The notes beneath the pieces are model-generated. The model was not told the DNA's origin. It worked only from the letters and a program-made list of their open reading frames with translations, and ran no database searches. A program made the position numbers and the translations under genes. A DNA stretch of 61,814 nt, counting the filler, from Sphacelaria rigidula (Eukaryota): assembly GCA_964200075.2 (NCBI GenBank). It is 7 parts of 7 records of this genome, joined end to end, with 100 filler letters (N's around TTAATTAATTAA, not from the genome) between each part and the next. Parts side by side here need not be neighbours in the genome. Positions count along the whole stretch, not along the records: positions 1 to 8,746 come from CAXNAA020010210.1; positions 8,847 to 17,591 come from CAXNAA020010211.1; 5 more parts are not named here. One strand, given 5' to 3'. This document shows, one piece after another, positions 1 to 12,881 of the stretch (within the stretch, counting starts at the first letter, position 1; every line of letters begins with the position of its first letter).

Positions 1-1518
1 GGATGACAGCCTACAATGAGTTGCTTTATTCTGTGGTATCGGCACTTCCAGAGACAGCCACGGCTTATACACTGCCTCATGGGTGTCTAACCGGGTGCGT
101 CACGGGGGGGGGGTATTTCGGACTATGTCTTCCACGAGATCAGCAACAGCTTTTCAAACGCGGTTGTTACGGATAAATAACACTCTTTTAACTCGTTCGT
201 GTTGCTTGACTCTATTTCACTCAAGTACAAGCGCATCGCGAGTGTGTTAGGACGTCTGACGCACCCATGAGTCGTTTTCTATATATTCAAATACCCCCGC
301 CCTCTCTACCGTAGGATCTCTCGTTACGCCAAAGCTGATATGCTCGGATTATGGAAACGACTTTGTTTTCCCCGCCCCGATACACTGTTATTAGTTGAGT
401 TGAGTTGATTGATTGTTTGTTTGTCGCACTTTAACCGACCCCCCAGGGATCCAGCCGTGGTCACATGAATTATTGGTCGCGCAATTTCCCTCATGTTGTA
501 ACTCGGAAAACGGACGCGTACCATGCTGACATCAGGGTTGTTATTTCGGTCGAGCAATGCCGAGGGATGATACGGAGCCATCTCCTGGTGCGCAAGCCGG
601 AAAAATAAAAATGTCGGAGAAACTCTCAAGAAAAACAAGGTTCTCGCCCCACCCCCACCCCGTTTCGTCGAGCAACTCGCCTGGACACCACATCGCCATG
701 GCCAAGGTGTGGCACAAAGTCTCCAGACAGGACCACCTGCGGTTTTCATGGGCGGCCGAGGAAACGTCAGCTGGATGAGTGGACGCCATGTAACGGCACC
801 ATGCGATGCCCCATAACATTGAGACCTCCGTATATGATCCTAGACTACGGTTAACACGAGGAGTCGAAAATAAAAGTCCCGTGAGTCACTGATGAAAGAT
901 TTGCCACAGGGATGACTACCTGGATCCAGAAAATGATTATTAGACAGCAGTATTGCTTCGGTGAGCCATGAGCTCCACACCAAAATCGAATACCGTGCAG
1001 GATAGCTGGAAAATCTGACGCACATGGGCGTTGCAGAATGTTTTTTCAAAGTACCGCGCCAAAACCCGGAGTAGTAGCTGTGGGCTGATATAGAATGGAG
1101 ATGCACCGGCCGACCGCGACCACCTGTTTAGTTTGACACGTCGTCGCAAGCCCCAAGCTGGTCATGGCAGGACGTCGGAGATATGGAAACAAACCAGGTA
1201 CACTATTAATAATCAGTGGTTTCGTTGAAACCGGCATGGGGGACTTTGCCTCTCTACCGTCATCATTCTCTGCGTGGACAGCGTAGAGTTTATGATAAAA
1301 AAAGAGGTGACAAGTGCTTGTCGCACTCTAGCACCCAAAAAACAAGAAGGAAAACATGCCAACAGATCACCGGGGGGAGCCAACCATACACGAAATAGAG
1401 ACGGACAGTTCGTATACAATAGATGTAGGAATTGGCTAGAAAGTAGAGGGAAGAGCACCCGACATAGCGGTGGGAAACCCACGCATGGCGTGCCTTGTAG
1501 ATCCGCGCTCGCACCGAC

Positions 1519-1914
1519 CTGACCAAGGTGATCTCCCTTTCCCTTGTCTTCCACGCCAACTTCCCACAGATCGATCTCCACCTCCACCTCGCGACGGTCA
1601 GAGCTCTCCTCAGCAAGCGGAATTAGGCATGAATTATTATGCTTGGCGGTCCAGCGATGGCTGACGGCAAGCTCCCCCCTCGCTTCGTCTGCCGGGATAT
1701 CCCCGGGCAATTTGGAGTGTGGAAGAGAGTTTACGCTGGCAGCATTATCTAGCGCACTGACGAGGACCGGATCGGATGTATCATCGGTGGACACTAGATC
1801 TTGAGGGCTGACATTCTCGGTTCTCAGGATTTCGGTGCCTCGCACGGAAATCGTCGCGAAGACCGTGGAAGACGGTGAGCTGAGATGCGTTGAGCCCAAT
1901 ACACACAACTGCAC
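1519..1914 (-). CDS. Exon of multi-C2-domain protein (VQLCVLGSTHL...VFATISVRG...VEIDLWEVGVEDKGKGDHLGQ)
   Basis: Acceptor ctcacag and donor gtcggt bound a 396-nt phase 0-0 open frame. The translation has a C2-like pattern (first beta strand, then x-D-L-W-E...D-H-L-G-Q). The exon(s) linking it to 4423 were not resolved. Confidence 0.65.
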
Positions 1915-4422
1915 CTGTGAGTTTGAAACACACATTGAACACACAACACAAGTGATGATGACTCCCGACTCGCCCAGAACGATAGGCTCACTTTACTTAC
2001 TTTTTGTCACGGCAAGCCGGTCATGTTTGTCGTTCGTCCATGATCGGTGTGGCCCTTACCATTAGACCCAACGTGTCAATATCCCAGGTGCCCGCGTGAA
2101 TGTCCTAAGGCGGTACATATCGCGTCGTCTCATACCCTCCTATGTCAATTGTTACCGTTCTCATACTCATGGTGCACCTGTAAGCCGCGGCAAGCATTGC
2201 TCTTGTTCAAATCCCCAGCGTAGTTGAACTCACGCCATGGAACGATCGAGAACTCGATGCGGCCCTTGACTAGCTCCTGAGCTGCCAACGGCAATATCTG
2301 CGCCGCAATGAACAAATTTCACATAATCTCTCACCGACTCGGACTCGGAGTGCTTCTCACCAGAACTCTTAAAGACAAAGATAACTGCACCGGCCACAAC
2401 ATGTAAAACCTTGAACTCAAGCAGAGGCACGCAGCAAAAACGCTGTGAGCGTACCGCCGGTAACAACGCAACGGCAACCGACTGGAGCAGGTCGTAATAT
2501 AGATTAAAGCCAACTACATGAATGGAGACAGCACTGAGGTAACAGATCTCTTCTACAATGATAGCTTCGCGTTCCAACTTCCCCACTACCGTAGAGAGTA
2601 TTCGAACGCCCCGGGTGTGATGATATTTCAACCACACGATCATTTAAACAACTACTATATGCTACTGGCCACAACAGATCTATCATTGGAACGTGTTTGT
2701 AGTTGTCTTCATATTGGCACATAGTATTTCGCCAGCAGCACCGCAGTAGTCGCCGAGACAGCTGCGGTCGAAATATGTAGTTCACCACCGAGGCTTTCTC
2801 GCTGTGATTTATTTTCTTACTCGCAGCACGATATGGCAGGCAGTACAAGGCACTGTGGACGGCACGATGTACGTATGTTCAATCGTCCGATCGTGGGTCT
2901 CTGATTGGGTGAGAGCAGTGGCAACAAAATGGTGGAAACGACATACTTCTACCGTGAAAAAAGACATCGTATATAATAGTTATACTCCAGAATTACAAAT
3001 ACCGCGGTAGAACAAACAAAGACCAAGTAACACAGCATGCACCATGGCACGAGAAGCGCACGCTGGGGGAAAGTCAGTCCCCTGACAGTTGTCGCAATAC
3101 ACGTGCAATCACCTCCTCTGGTTTCTTATGCAACGCTTTTTTCTGGGTCTCTCCGCTCATCGCTATCTTGTCCACGCCATCCGCTGTAAGCCTCATCGAT
3201 GCCTATATTTCGAGGAAGTGACGGTAACGGCACATGGCTTGATGCTTGAGGCACCGAAGCTCAGAACGAGTAGAGGTGTCGTGAATGGGGAATCTGGTTG
3301 TTGATGCGCACTGTATTGATTTTCCCGGTGTTGACTGGTTGGTTCGTTGGTTATCGCACATCAACTGATCCCCTACGTACGTAACATGGACGTACGGAAA
3401 CATAAACATTCGCTGGAAGAAACTCGAAAATAAATGATGCAAAGTTCGAAAGAAAAAGAAAAATCGATAGCCCGAGACGAACAAACTGATATGGGCGCTA
3501 CATTTAGAAATATCACTGATTGTCGGAACCCCTCAGATCCGCCCTCGCCGAACGACTTCGGGTAGGAGGCCATAGAAAAGCGCAAGATCGTGGACACGGG
3601 TTGCGGTCAGGTTGCGATCAGGCTAATTTCCAGCCATGTGGATACCACGCCGTTAGGCAGGCACTCTTAGCAGTCCACTCTACGGGAATGGAACACAACA
3701 TACTGTAGTTGTGCGGCGGACCCAAAAGGAAGAGGAAAGCGGACAAGAAAGAAAAAACATTATAGAAGTGGGGGAGGAAGCTTTCTAGTATAGTGGCTGG
3801 CCGCTCAAGTGTTTTTGTTCATTGAGTCACCGAATGCATATAGGATCTTCGGAACCACAAATATGTTGAAATGCTGAACACATCCCGGAAACGTACCAAC
3901 ATTTATTTTGCTGGATTTTGTGACTGGCACTCTAAGCTGCGTACGGCCGAGGCGACCACTGCTAGCATTGAGAATGTAGAGCTACTAGCAATATCTCAGG
4001 AGCAGGGACGTTAGTGGGTCAGCGAAGCACGGCAATATTTAGTGGGTACATGAATGGAGTTAGTTTCGCTTGTAACCACACGATTGCATGTTTAATTGGC
4101 TGTAGGAACATACACGTGCATCTCTTCTACTGTGACATTCGGGCGCTGGATAAAGAGAGGTAGGATATTTTATTGTCTCACATTAGACGACGATTTTTCG
4201 CGTACTGCACTCTGATTGTTCCCCAATACTATCAATATCTTCGTGAGATAATCATATTCGACACTGCCCCGTAATATGCGTCAATGAAGCTTCCTCGTGA
4301 AATTTATTCTGCGTGGACGACGCCGCATCACTAAGTGCATCACTGTGATGATCCATCGCAGCGTGATATGCGGTCGGTGTGAAGCATAGCAATAATCGTT
4401 CGTAAATATCTCAATGTCTCAC

Positions 4423-4510
4423 GCGTCCTAGGAACGCGTCTGGTTCTCCCTCCTTGCGACCCCAGACGTCGAGGCAGATCTCCGCGCAGGATTCTTCCGT
4501 CAGTATGAAC
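4423..4510 (-). CDS. Exon of multi-C2-domain protein (FILTEESCAEICLDVWGRKEGEPDAFLGR)
   Basis: Acceptor ggatag, donor gtgaga. The phase-2 start matches the phase-2 end of exon 5598-6139 and gives SPEWIDEE-FIL...LDVW...DAFLGR, the C-terminal half of a C2 domain. Not in the ORF track. Confidence 0.8.
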
Positions 4511-5597
4511 CTATCCGATGCGGTCGGTCGTCAAGTGGAGGCAAATGCGAGGTGGGAGTCGTACCCGGTGAGTAAGATGGAATTGTGGAACAAGCGCGGT
4601 ACTTTCGAGCATCCGAATCATACGCAGGACTGGCTTTCCTCTGGCAGCATCGTGTGCAGACAGTCTGCAATAAAGTCTGCGATGAAGCACTAGCCAACGA
4701 TGTAGGACGTTCAAAGCAATGTGACAAACAAAAGACGCATCAGTACGCATGCACACAAGAAAATTTTGGGCTAAGAAAAGCTTGTACCTGTGACAACGCA
4801 ACATACTTTCTATCCCATCGGCGATGTGAAATATAATATGAATCCACGAGAAAATAGCACGGAAGCAGGGTGCATCAACGTTCAACCCTGTCACCATGAT
4901 TTGAATAGCCTCCATATACTCTGGTGCGCCAACTCTAGACGGAATTGCATCGAGGAGTAGGATTGAATGATAATCCGGTCAAAATGGTTTAGAGAGACGG
5001 GGTGGGGTGGGGTGGGGAGGGACTCCCGGTGGTGCTTCGGCGATGGAGATGCTGCACATGAAAATTGGTCGAGTTTTGATCCTCCATGCTGCCCTATCAG
5101 CGACACGGGCTCACGTAGGTTCTTTTGCATTGCTAAATAACTCCAACCTTTGTGTTTGAACAAAGATTTGGCGAGGTCCAACTCAAACCTTTTCTGTCAT
5201 ACCCACACGGACAACACTTTGAGGTTGACTAGCAAAATTCTGGTAATGCTGTACTCTGGTGACTGTCCAGAACGACTATAGTTTTTTTTGTTTTCCATGA
5301 ATAAATATGACCACTCAAGGGTGCAGGAAAGCAAGTTTTTTCACACCTATATATCCGATGATACTGTACAAACATGTAAAATAAGAAGTTTGTTTTTCTT
5401 CGACTTTTGCAAAAAAACCAAGTCAGTGATTTGTTTCGCATCTTGACCACCCTACGACCTAGGCGTCGCTTTCATTCCTTGAGCCGTACCCTTGGATCAC
5501 TCGTTGGTTTTCTTGCTCTTTACGTAGGGGAACCAGCTGCCTAAAGGGTTTTTACATATTGCTTTGATTGAACAATATTCCAACCTGCACCACTTAC

Positions 5598-6139
5598 TCC
5601 TCGTCAATCCATTCGGGTGACGTTGTTGCCCCGACGGCGGCCACTCGCGTAGCCCCTACATCTCTACCCCTGGCGCGCACGGTAACAAACGCATCCAACT
5701 GCTTCGCCGCCTTCGCCAAACCCCACGCTCGGTGCAACCTCAGCTGGACCTTCTTCTTTTCCTGCGCGGCTTGCGACCGTCCAGACCCAGCCGCAGCAGC
5801 ATGCCTGCTCAAACCCCTACTACCATCAACACCGCCCATGTCATGCGACGCATCTTCTTCCGGCACTGTCAGTGTCGATGGTAGCATTTTGATGTCCAAC
5901 CGGGGAAGTGATTTTTCAAGAACCATTGTTACCGTCGAGCACAGCGCGGTCATCGACGTCGTCGAACGGAAACGCTGCCGTTGAGACCCCGGTGACAGTA
6001 GAGCGAGCGGATGCTCCATGACCTTGCACGGTGGACCTGCCGTAGGTAGCCTGAGATCACCAAGTTGAAGCGATATCCGGCCGATGATATCACCGCCTGC
6101 ACTCCCTACGCCAGTGTGTCTAGCGCTAGCGTCGAGAAT
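5598..6139 (-). CDS. Exon of multi-C2-domain protein (ILDAS...GDIIGRISLQL...VQLRLHRAWGL...DAFVTVRA...SPEWIDE)
   Basis: Acceptor aaccag, donor gtaagt. Encodes the end of one C2-like domain and the first half of the next (L-H-R-A-W-G-L, D-A-F-V, P-E-W). Confidence 0.82.
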
Positions 6140-6918
6140 CTGGTTGGCCGTATCAACATTAGTGCATGTGCGGTTGTAGCGCAAGGTCAGAACCCGTTTG
6201 ACTCTAGGACGTTCTGCACCATACCTCGATCCGCTTGCTCCAGTCGGAGTGATATCGGGATCTTACAGTTTGCGCTCACGAGTGTCAATTTTGATTGGCT
6301 TTAATTTTGGCAAGTAAGTTTGGGTGTGAACGGTGCAGAAGTGTCTCTACTTGGCCAGGGGAGGGTGGGAGCAGATGTGTGATCGGTCCTGATGTGGAGG
6401 CTTCACGATGACAGTTTTGCATCACTAAGATCGACGGATGTTGGTCATGATTGTATAGCACGGTTCCAGCGCTAGGGAAGGCAACAGAAACGTAGATAGC
6501 TCTAGCAACGTTGGAATCTCGTATCGCATGGGATGCGGACGTTATGTAGACAGTTTAGATGTTCTGTGCGGGCAGGAAACGTATTCCGCACATTGTAATT
6601 GGGCATCTAGCCATGGGTGGGAATGCATGATTTGGAGTTGATCCGTTGGATGATGGCCAAGAGGTTCAAGGGAACCTACAGGCAGTAGCACACAGGTGCC
6701 TCCATGAAGACACATTCATATCCGTGCGTGAACTACTATGTGAGCGAGCGACCACGTAGTTTCGGCCGCGCGCAATGAAAAGTGCCGAGTTTTCTGGTGC
6801 TTGCTGCTGTCTGAATCAGAACATAAATTTTCTTCTGTAAAGCAATCGCGCTGTGATGGACCTCCTGTGTCAGTGCTATCCGATTGTGTCGATACCAACC
6901 CTCGTCACGCAAACTTGC

Positions 6919-6999
6919 CTCAACAATCACCTCCACTTCTGGCCTTTCCGCCCCTTCGTGGTTGTCCCGTAGATCGTCTGGGTCCAGCGGTACAGACAT
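6919..6999 (-). CDS. Exon of multi-C2-domain protein (MSVPLDPDDLRDNHEGAERPEVEVIVE)
   Basis: Acceptor ctgcag, 81 nt, phase 0-0, ending at a non-canonical GAG|GCAAGT donor. Joins the next exon to give VIVE-ILD...DIIGRISL. Confidence 0.65.
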
Positions 7000-7099
7000 C
7001 TGCAGGCAGCACAGTCAAACGTGACACCGGCGGAGTTGAAAAAGGTACTCGCAGAATCTTATACTCTGAACAAAACAACATGTTCGTGAGACCAGAAAC

Positions 7100-7450
7100 G
7101 GATTTGTTTTCGGCACGGGAGGTTTTTCGTGATTTACACCAAGACGTTCGAATGATCCGAAACGGCTGTCACCCTCCGAAAAGTCCGTGATCTGACGAGA
7201 ATTTCGGCGCAATCAGACTTCGAATCGGTGACGCCTTCCATGAGATACGGCCGAGAATGTGCGAACCTTTTTTTATTTCCATTTTTTGGACACATTCTTC
7301 CTCATAAGTCTGCACTGGCCACGTCGATTTTGAATATTTTTGCATTAAACTTCCCGTCAGATCACGGGCTTCCAGGAGGGTGACAGCCGTTTCGGACGAT
7401 TCGACCGTCTTGGGGTAAAATCACTCGAAGCCTCTCGCTCCACAACAAAA
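7100..7450. mobile_element. Inverted-repeat element (MITE-like) inside an intron
   Basis: About 7131-7197 (gatttacaccaagacg...gtgatctgacg) is the near reverse complement of about 7355-7422 (cgtcagatcacg...ggggtaaaatc). Outer ends are approximate. Confidence 0.65.
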
Positions 7451-7483
7451 AAGGCGCTCCTAATCTCACGACCATGTTCTTAC

Positions 7484-7633
7484 CATTTCAAAAAGTGGAA
7501 CTACACATTTTATCATATCCAGTGGGACAACAATGCTTTCGTCTGTTTCTATGTTTCTAATTATTTGGTCCGACCGGGACATTCTGTTAGGAAGCCTTCG
7601 CCCCCACCTTGCATTCTCCCGTGTCTGTGACAC
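7484..7633 (-). CDS. Probable upstream exon of the C2-domain gene (VSQTRENARW...VVPLFEM)
   Basis: Acceptor gcaaag, strong donor ATG|gtaaga, 150 nt phase 0-0 and open. No independent homology support. Confidence 0.5.
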
Positions 7634-7772
7634 CTTTGCAGGTTCGTGCGCCAAGCACAGCTCGACCAACATGATCATCTCATATAAAGTAGCATTTTGT
7701 ACACCGTTACAATTTTCCCCCGCTGGATCCCCGCTTCACTTCGAAGGGAGGGGGGTCGGGGGTCGGGGGGGC

Positions 7773-8707
7773 TACTCATCTGTTGCTTGCCCTAGTCGTT
7801 TGACCAATGGCCACGCATCCCTTTCGAGACGAAGTACCGTTTCTACTCCTAATAGAGACGTCCCCAACATTTCGGCGCTCATTACGTTTCTTTCATACAA
7901 TACACAAAACCTTTGACATATCTTATCTTCATCATGTTTTGCTATCTGTGGCCACCATCTATCTTCTAGTACAGCCATCGTTTTCTCCCTACTGCCTAGC
8001 GCGTCGAACGATTTCATGCCACGTTCTTTACTTTCCGCTTTTCCCCCTCCAGCACGTCCCATTTCTCCTTGTATAGCTCACATTCTGCCACAATATGAGT
8101 TCTACTATATATTGCTTCGCCACAGGGGCAATTCTGTGCATTTACTTCCTCCTCCTTTCGACTACTGATATATCTCCTTTTTTCTGGCAGGTCCAGGTCC
8201 CCCACCCGAAATTGCAGTTTCAAGTTCTTTGCCGCGTCCATTGGGCCATGCAGATATGTTTTTAATGCCGATCCCCTCTCTCAACCCCCCGTATATCTTC
8301 AGGTGTTCTTTCTCGTCTACTTTGCGTCTGAGCGCTTCTTTTCCCCTTATTTCTACCATGTCTCTTACTTTTGTCTTGTACCCGCTGCCCTCACCTATGG
8401 GCATTATCTCATCTTTGTTTCCTCCTGTCTCCTCCCATACGTTCTCGACTGTTCTATCTCACCTTATTCCAGCCTGCCCTTTCCTCAGTTTCTTCTATGC
8501 AGCCCTACCAACTATGGCTGGTAGTCTCTTTCTTTGCGTGTTATTACGCTATATTGCCATTTTAATTTTCTCATGTTTCTGTTTGTTTCAAGTGAATATA
8601 TTCCCAACTCTGCTCTTAATGCTTCATCACCCGTCGTTCTGGAGCACCCAAGTATTTTCTTAGCTGCTTCCACCTGTACTGTTTCCAACTTTACCACCAA
8701 CTTCGCA
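7773..8707 (-). mobile_element. Decayed non-LTR retrotransposon (LINE), 3' part of ORF2
   Basis: Frameshifted fragments KLETVQVEAAKKILGCSRTTGDEALRAELG (post-RT region) and CPCGEAIYSRTHIVAECELY (C-terminal Cys/His motif). A related copy of the 3' end lies at about 17770-18100. Confidence 0.8.
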
Positions 8708-8746
8708 AAGGGAGGGGGGGGGGGGGGGGGTGTACTCATAGTCATG

Positions 8747-8846
8747 NNNNNNNNNNNNNNNNNNNNNNNNNNNNNNNNNNNNNNNNNNNNTTAATTAATT
8801 AANNNNNNNNNNNNNNNNNNNNNNNNNNNNNNNNNNNNNNNNNNNN
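8747..8846. other. Artificial contig linker N44-TTAATTAATTAA-N44
   Basis: Identical 100-bp spacer with stop codons in all six frames. Confidence 0.98.
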
Positions 8847-9950
8847 AAATCGATGGTGATTCGCAGAGAGATTTCGCAAAATCCCCCTGTCTGCGATTTG
8901 TGGCCAATTTCCAGAGGCTTTTTTCGTGAAAAATGGCCCTTTAAGGCCGCGTTCTGAAAAAAGTCTCTGGAGACTGACCAAAATGACTTTTCTCACAGAC
9001 TTTTTCAAGTCTATAAGAAGCGGCCTTGAATGGCGAGAGTACGGGATCTGTTGAATCGGCATCACTTCATCTCGGAAAAATATGCTCGTTCCTGATGGAC
9101 TACGCTCGCGGTATGAGGGTTAGGGCGTGTCTTCGCGCTTTTTTTCCCGATAGAGAAAATGGGGCGGTGAAATCGATTTGAGCGAAATTCGCTCAATTTT
9201 CTCGCCTTGGGTGCAAGCGAATTTTAAAGCTTTCGATCGAAAAAAGGCAGTGAAATTCGTGAAACGGTACATGGTCACTCGTGTACAGTACAGACAGTCT
9301 GTACTGTCTGCGCTGCTTGCAAGCAGTGTCGTGAGTGCGTGTGTGGGAGTTTCGCACAGGAGGATATGAAAAAGAAGCCGGCAAGCGTGCAGTGTGGACA
9401 GCCCAGGACTATCAGTTCTTTCTGCTTACAATGCGACGTGAAAAAGACTTCAGCAAAGTGCAGCTTTGTACTGCCTGCACTGTCTATGAGCGTGCACGCA
9501 ACTCGGTTGCCCACCGTACCACGCAGTTCCGTCGCTGATCCCTATCATCAAAGAAGATGCGCAAGTTCTCGCCAACAACAAATAAACAAAGTATACCCAA
9601 CTACTGTAGTGTATCTATCCCTGTGCTCAACTCGTGCTCTATGCTACGGGGTTGCGATGGTGGCTGAGAATGAGTTGGGTGGAGGTTGCATGGCCCTGTG
9701 AACAGGTGTTGTCTGGCGTGGTCGTCTCTGAGATAGGTTCAAGTGCCGCTTCGTGCCTATCGACCACATGTTTTCGATCAAAAACGTTTTTTTTCGTCCA
9801 ATAGTTTTTCTCCGCGCGCCACTGATTATATTTTGAGTTTAAGGCTTCGAGGAACATGAATGCGGTGGACCTATCAGATCGGCCGTAAAAATTCGACCGC
9901 ACCGAGACACGCCCTGAGAGTGGGGAACGCAGAAGTACACGGAGACTATC

Positions 9951-10057
9951 TTAACCCCTTGACCGCGAGGGTAGATGACCTGCTCAATCGGCATCAATTT
10001 CACTTGAAAAGTATGCGTGATACAGATGAACTACCGGCATCGCTTTTTTGAGGGTCA
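9951..10057 (+). mobile_element. ~100-bp piggyBac-type MITE copy
   Basis: Starts TTAA-CCCCTTGACCGCGAGGGTAG. Shares the core aatcggcatcaatttcac...gatgaactacc with the copies at 15600-17050. Related copies lie near 9025-9125 and 13780-13875. Confidence 0.65.
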
Positions 10058-10439
10058 GGACAATTACGGATGGTGATTTTAATTCCAAATGCATCAAGTG
10101 GACAAATGATCGGCAAAGCCAAATCGAGCAATGGAGGTTCATGATGTACTTCTTCTAACATGACGTTTTCTCAGCGCGGCTTTCCGTGCAAGTGCTCGAT
10201 AACAGCGCTGTGCATCTGAAACATGCAGAGAATGACAGCGGACCACGAGACTGTACTGCGTGCAGTCATCTACATCCTGTACAAACAGTAACTGTACTGT
10301 CCGGTGTCTCAAACATGAGATAACCATACAGACAGCATGATGTGCACTGTTACCGCGGGACTGTCAGCCGAGAATATCGTACCGAAACGAGGCCCGATGC
10401 CCACAAGATTCCGCCGCTTCTTAGGGTGTCTTTTATCAA

Positions 10440-11960
10440 GACCAGTGAAATTAGCGGGAAGAGGAACACGCACCCAAAAGCAGCATGTTGATTGTTCGCC
10501 GCAACCATAGACCCGTCCGGCAATCAATCAACATGCTTTTTTTTCTCGATAAGGCACGACCACAGCCCCACGTCACCTCCCCGACGCTCGTCAGCGTAGG
10601 GCGGCCCGTGCACTGCGCCATGTTGACAGGGGATTTTGGTGAGTCGGACACACACTCACTGCCTTGAGAAAAGCTTTCCAAAAACTCGAGGCAGCTACCC
10701 CACATAACGGCCGCGAGGCAGTTTAGCCGAGCCTCCGGGTAATCGGCATGCGGTACGTGTTGAGTCAGTTTTCATTCTTCCTTCGAGGACAAGCAAAAAA
10801 AGGAAACCGTGCCGTGGGTTTCCACTTTCGGAGTACTTGTTGTTATCCAGAAAATATTTGTTCAACGCCATCAAAAACGTGCCAGAGAATCATCTCTCGC
10901 TTGATTTCAGTATACCGACACATTTGTCAATTTTCCGTACCATGAAAAAAAAGGCATGGAAAAAAGCCTCCCGTGTTTTGCTGTCTCTCAATTGCAACAC
11001 AGATGTAAGGCAACATGGGCTAACCGCCTTTTCGCTGTACTCGTAAACGACTAGAGGAACCCGGGTGACCGAACACCAGGCAAAGTAATACAAGATATTT
11101 ACTGTACAAGACGCCTGATCCAGAGCATATGGCCGCCAAAGCCGATTCCACCGTTTTGCCAGCCACGAGCAGCTTATTGAAGAACACCAACTCCACAGCA
11201 CCGCTTTGCAGCTGGGGGTATCTTGAACACATTCCCAGAAAAACAATTTGGGTTCACATGATGAATGCGTTGAAAAGATGTGAGGTTGGCAATGAGACAA
11301 TTTCACCTCGTTGTCGTGGGGCAACTCGGTGGATCAGGTATATGTTTGGTAATGGAGGAAGACAAATCGAAATACAGATTCGAAGTCTACCGGAGGCGAA
11401 AGCTCATTACTCCGTAAAACCAAGAGGGCCACGTCGACCAAGACCGGCTTTAATGAAATGATCGAATCACTAGCAACTGTACATTCCTGTGATTCATGCC
11501 CCGATACCGCGATGTTACAAGTTCTGCATCCTTGCAGAGAAGTATCCTCGGCGTTTGCGAGTTACAACAGTCGCTCCCCCGCAAACGAGTCCTTTAAAAA
11601 ATGCCCTCGATTGGGATTCAATTTCTGTTCGGCGTTCGCCGGTGCAACGGCCGATATCCCATGGGGGACCTTTATTGGAGCATAACCGAAGTCAAACTGT
11701 ACGGGTTACAAGGATAAGACAAAAAAATGGCCCTTCAGATGAGACGGCAGCGCGGGTGCTCAACAGTGGTTTCTGAATTTCAGAATCAAGTTGGAGAGGT
11801 TCTCTGGTCGAACAAGTTGAGGAACCGAAGTTTGCTTCTCCTGTGACTCTAAAAAAATTAGATATGTCCGATGAGTAAAGGTGCTTGGTTCCTGCCGACA
11901 ATTTTTTTGAACGACGCAAATATGAGAGGTGGGGGGAGTTGGCTTCACGCCTGCTTGTTG
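10440..11960 (-). pseudogene. Heavily decayed transposase, probably piggyBac-like
   Basis: Fragments in the expected order across frames: PHLSYLRR, then AKRWNRLWRPYALDQASCTVNILYY (resembles the K-x-W...LD.A.VN..Y segment), FLMALNKYFLDN and a Cys-rich tail YGCGEQSTCCFWVRVPL. Many stops and frameshifts. Matched by eye only. Confidence 0.4.
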
Positions 11961-12769
11961 ACATTCAGGATAACTGGCGCATTTCGTTATATTGATCTTG
12001 AGTCATGTGAGGAATCACCTGAGAGTTGTTAAGTACCTGGAGTAGTATCGCCTGAAAAAAATACTGAGTGTTTCAGAGTCATCCTACGGTGGGGAGGAGT
12101 GTTTTGATTCCTCGAAAAATATGGTCTCGAAGGTGAGTCAAGCGACATGACACACTCCCGGTGTGCTTGCCTTCGGGTGGGAACGGTCTCACGCGGTATG
12201 AATGAGTGTTGATTTATCGGTAACAAGCGCGTTCGAACAACCGTTGCTGCTTTCAACGACGATCTGAACTGGGATGTCGTGAATGGATTTACCCAACATA
12301 CCCCTTCCCCCTTCCCCCTTCCCCCCTACCACCCTGCATCGTAGGATGACACTCCGATGTACCTGAGTATCTTACGCGGATAATAGTGGGTATTGCAGAG
12401 CAGGGGGGGTTATCGTTACCCCATTTCACTGGTGCTCGTACTCTACCCTATCCCTCGTATCTTTGAAGCATTCACTCGAGTCTAATCGCGAAAATCGCTG
12501 CTGCAGTCTTTTTGACAAGTTAATAAGCCTGCAAGTATCCGACGTGAAATATGATGTCGCGTTTTGTTCAACAAGGTTTTATGCAGTACTAGTGGAAGTC
12601 ATTCCATTTCATCTTCTTGTCACGCCTCCTGTCTCCCCCTCTCTCTCTCACACACACTTTTTGTTTGTTTGTCGTTAAGCACCCACTCCCACACACTTAT
12701 CCTTTTCGTCCCTTTGTTTTGTACTCCTCCGGTTGTTCCCCTTTTATCATGGGGTGGCGATATTTGCAG

Positions 12770-12881
12770 AAACGAGTTTGCTCAGACTCCACTTCACGCC
12801 GCCTGTGTTTCGGGGAATATCGACGTCGTGCGGTGTTTGGTTCAGGGCGGAGCCGACATCAGCGCCCAGGACGCGGCGGAG
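12770..12881 (+). CDS. Ankyrin-repeat exon (NEFAQTPLHAACVSGNIDVVRCLVQGGADISAQDAAE)
   Basis: Canonical ankyrin consensus TPLH-A-xx-G-x-x-D-V-V-x-x-L-x-x-G-A-D, flanked by tttgcag and gtatgt. Other exons were not resolved. Confidence 0.85.

Noticed and set aside
8791..8802. TTAATTAATTAA as a biological palindrome or piggyBac target
   Set aside because: It is embedded in N runs and identical six times, so it is an assembly spacer.
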